From the NCBI GenBank assembly GCA_963667015.2, contig CAXXJJ010000004.1, positions 928,001 to 992,000 of the forward strand: a stretch of DNA of 64,000 nt. Direction: 5' to 3'. Shown here one piece after another: positions 62,601-64,000 of this stretch (the first letter of the stretch is position 1; every line of letters begins with the position of its first letter). The notes under the pieces were generated by a model. The model had not been told where the DNA came from. It did no database searches and saw only the letters and a program-made list of their open reading frames with translations. The DNA is from Desulfatiglandales bacterium (lineage in GTDB: Bacteria > Desulfobacterota > DSM-4660 > Desulfatiglandales > HGW-15). Made by a program: the position numbers and the translations under genes.

Positions 62601-64000
62601 TTCGGCAACAAATGGATAGAGCTTTTCAAGAACCCTTGTTCCGTCCACTGTGTACGGCTTTTTTTTAACAAGTTTATCAATGTATTTTTCTATATCTTTA
62701 AATTCACCTGCATTTAATCTTTTAATAATATCATTACCGATAACCCATACCGGTTTTTTACTGATTTTAAAATATCCCGGATTATCTGGATAATCAGCAT
62801 ACTTAAGCTTTAATTTCATTCCTGTTCCACAGGAAGTGATAATAATTGCTACCAGCAATGAGAGAATAAGCAATGATGGTTTATATATTGTGCTAAGATC
62901 TCTATCTGTTCTTAACAGGTCAAGCACCCGATGTTCAAGCGAGCGTCTTGATAAAGACATACCTGCAGTGGCCGGCATGTGAGACAATAAATGTGTTTTC
63001 TCGGCAAGACGAAGCAGAGTCTTTGCGTATTTTTTGGGGCTTTTTAAAACATTTATTGCGTAGTTATCGCAAACATCCTCCCTGGATTCGGAATATGCTG
63101 AGTTCAGGTAATAAACAAGCGGGTTCCACCAGAAAATCGAGGACAGAACATGCTGCAAAAACCCGATAAAATTATCACGATGAAAAATATGTGCAAGTTC
63201 GTGCAATAAAATGCTTTTCAACTCATCATCTGACATATTTTCCATCTCTACAGGTAATATCATTACCGGTCGGACAATCCCAATTGTTACCGGTGATGAG
63301 AGAGAAGATGAGAAGTAGATATCCGGTATGGGCTTATCTTTAAATACGTGTTTGATAGAGTTGTAGATATTTTTAAGCCTTTCAATATCACCGGTGTTAA
63401 GATTGTGCATATAACCCTTTAAGAAAGAAAGTTTATAACCCAGGCGAAGAATAAATATAATAAACCCTGCTATCCATATCCCTCCGAATATATTTGCCGA
63501 TAAGATAATCCGATCGCGCGTGAGAAAAGGAGAATTATTTTTATCAGAGGTCCTCAGATTTTCCTGCTGCTCATCCACAGAGGCTGCCTCACGCTTTTGA
63601 TTGGCTGTATCAAAAACAGGAGCCATATCGAAGGCCTCATTTTTCTCAAAGGTATCCTGCCTGATTTCAGGCTTCTCATTATCAATTATTATCTTCTCTT
63701 CCAGAATTTTTTGCCGCTCCTGGAAATTGTCAGGTGATGACTGCCGGGTATATGATTGAGGGAGTTCTATAGTTGGCTGAAACCACGTGATCCGGTTGAG
63801 GTTAAACATGGTAGAAATGACAGGAAGAAGAGCAAGAGATACCAGTATTGTAAGATAACCCGCACTGCGGGCAGGCGCAGATCTGGGGCTCCATAATTTC
63901 ATTATTATCCAGCCGGCCAGTGAGACCGCAATTATCTGTATTGAAAGATTAAAAATAAACTCTGCTGTTTTGGTATTTGTAAACAGAGAATATAAATCCA
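59604..64000 (-). CDS. BlaR1/M56 peptidase with DUF4034-like, TPR, two DUF3471-like and other domains; start just outside window
   Basis: HELAHIFHRD, FWWNP, REDVCD; frame stays open from 63902 to the window edge (..DLYSLFTNTKTAEFIFNLS..). Confidence 0.88.
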   Translation of the reverse strand, partial: DLYSLFTNTKTAEFIFNLSIQIIAVSLAGWIIMKLWSPRSAPARSAGYLTILVSLALLPVISTMFNLNRITWFQPTIELPQSYTRQSSPDNFQERQKILEEKIIIDNEKPEIRQDTFEKNEAFDMAPVFDTANQKREAASVDEQQENLRTSDKNNSPFLTRDRIILSANIFGGIWIAGFIIFILRLGYKLSFLKGYMHNLNTGDIERLKNIYNSIKHVFKDKPIPDIYFSSSLSSPVTIGIVRPVMILPVEMENMSDDELKSILLHELAHIFHRDNFIGFLQHVLSSIFWWNPLVYYLNSAYSESREDVCDNYAINVLKSPKKYAKTLLRLAEKTHLLSHMPATAGMSLSRRSLEHRVLDLLRTDRDLSTIYKPSLLILSLLVAIIITSCGTGMKLKLKYADYPDNPGYFKISKKPVWVIGNDIIKRLNAGEFKDIEKYIDKLVKKKPYTVDGTRVLEKLYPFVAERLESPDMLDKWCAEEDSHQASFIFRGNFYISEAWKHRGHGLGYTVTDEGRRKFRENLELAKNDLEKAYSINPEDPNCSVHMITVCLGLGLGEEEMDIWFKRAVAVDPIAYSAYARKQNFIRPKWYGTKEKDKAFAEHCYENAPQKSIIHEIMLDYIIENYRGAENKSDYFSDPLITKRIEDVVQRTLKIFTDSTSIRSKLAEIERLKGNYGQAIELYSEILTIEPGNPDALSKRGKLYAEKLRKSDLAEADFKMSIESDPYGPANYEELASIARMNGDYRKAIEYLTMAIIKKPKNPQLYIDRGAIKRTPLREYASALEDFKQSIELDRNHVTGNFYMALCYESMQQFEEAKKYCMKTLSLIEARSPGKDRSLPPAFANDIKNKLIAMQRRLEQGSSPRQTTQGTFYPKEINYTIDPSPGEGWEKISAEPFNDMAFNLPSKLTTIYVGRIPVPDGNGLHPAEIFRGWIDGMQKKYDYKNFKIESSGTTTIDGRKSYYAVYEYNFRDIIKREKDYIIQGNSVFYRIRYNSHINTYNENLQTFERYVTSFKITANQIPMRNMNNLPIENRKIIHVLPGEILSQYTGTYKLNPDTNIIISLLNNRLISQLTGQGVVALLNESNMKFVNNKSNTEVEFFKDESGNITHLILTQDGVEKKAVRTSDKVTDGNTVTLTADTLSQYVGTYKMNPDLNLMITMENNQLFAQFPGLMLKALLPESEKLFFDNIIDTRLEFIKDVSGKVSHLLFIQNNVAITAPRINGKKVSITEESQKEIGEDLGSMTGRSTDGGLKGGTLKVVVDLPHFSGLNAGSNAVDINNVNRAVSDLLVLDNAGKKSITLHMNGKDTFFEGGTVLTVYCNVWKGEQSNEDYKYNGRKTVTIDGNTTITFKEESIPNNYGLTEDTAIKTGGGPKGERDYLDLLCGPNGEKIKYKRLGSCCAFETPNSPFAALDIYEVTYEGLSEPIKVYLNMYDPPTGKFHAPVGLKLKIKYNSGSVGLTQHH

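Noticed and set aside
1..64000. DGR reverse transcriptase, avd gene or AAC-rich template repeat
   Set aside because: No YxDD RT ORF in the track and no second copy of the 45575-45690 segment seen by eye; the DGR claim therefore depends on sequence outside the window.

Overview
AT-rich bacterial chromosomal window (roughly 40% GC by eye). The gene content (TAXI-TRAP transporter, DUF362 Fe-S protein, tup transporter, TaoR-like regulator, AOR-family enzymes) fits an anaerobic Deltaproteobacteria/Desulfobacterota-like organism; this is inference. 1-26.5 kb is an accessory patchwork: carboxylesterase, XRE-VOC fusion, tatA plus a tatC remnant, MFS, GH13, SGNH, MacB-like permease, M28-like and beta-helix lipoproteins, GGDEF protein, hybrid kinase and several pseudogenes. 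26.7-33.9 kb is ordinary (ddl, DUF362, DUF4197, TRAP). 34-54.5 kb is a tungsten locus: taoR-like, tupCB, porin, two tupA-like genes, moeA and two AOR-family enzymes, each with a Tat-signal 4Fe-4S subunit. That locus is interrupted at 40.4-46.3 kb by an unexplained five-gene module: FGE-sulfatase/C-type-lectin receptor, DUF1257 (Ycf35), Ycf46-like AAA+ ATPase, DUF2997 and an atypical Hsp70. The lectin domain carries what looks like a diversity-generating-retroelement (DGR) variable region with a compensated double frameshift, but no RT or template repeat is visible in the window. The right end has ALDH, SDR, TonB-TPR, a TPR lipoprotein and a giant mosaic BlaR1/M56 protein. I saw no rRNA, tRNA, CRISPR array or intact transposase.
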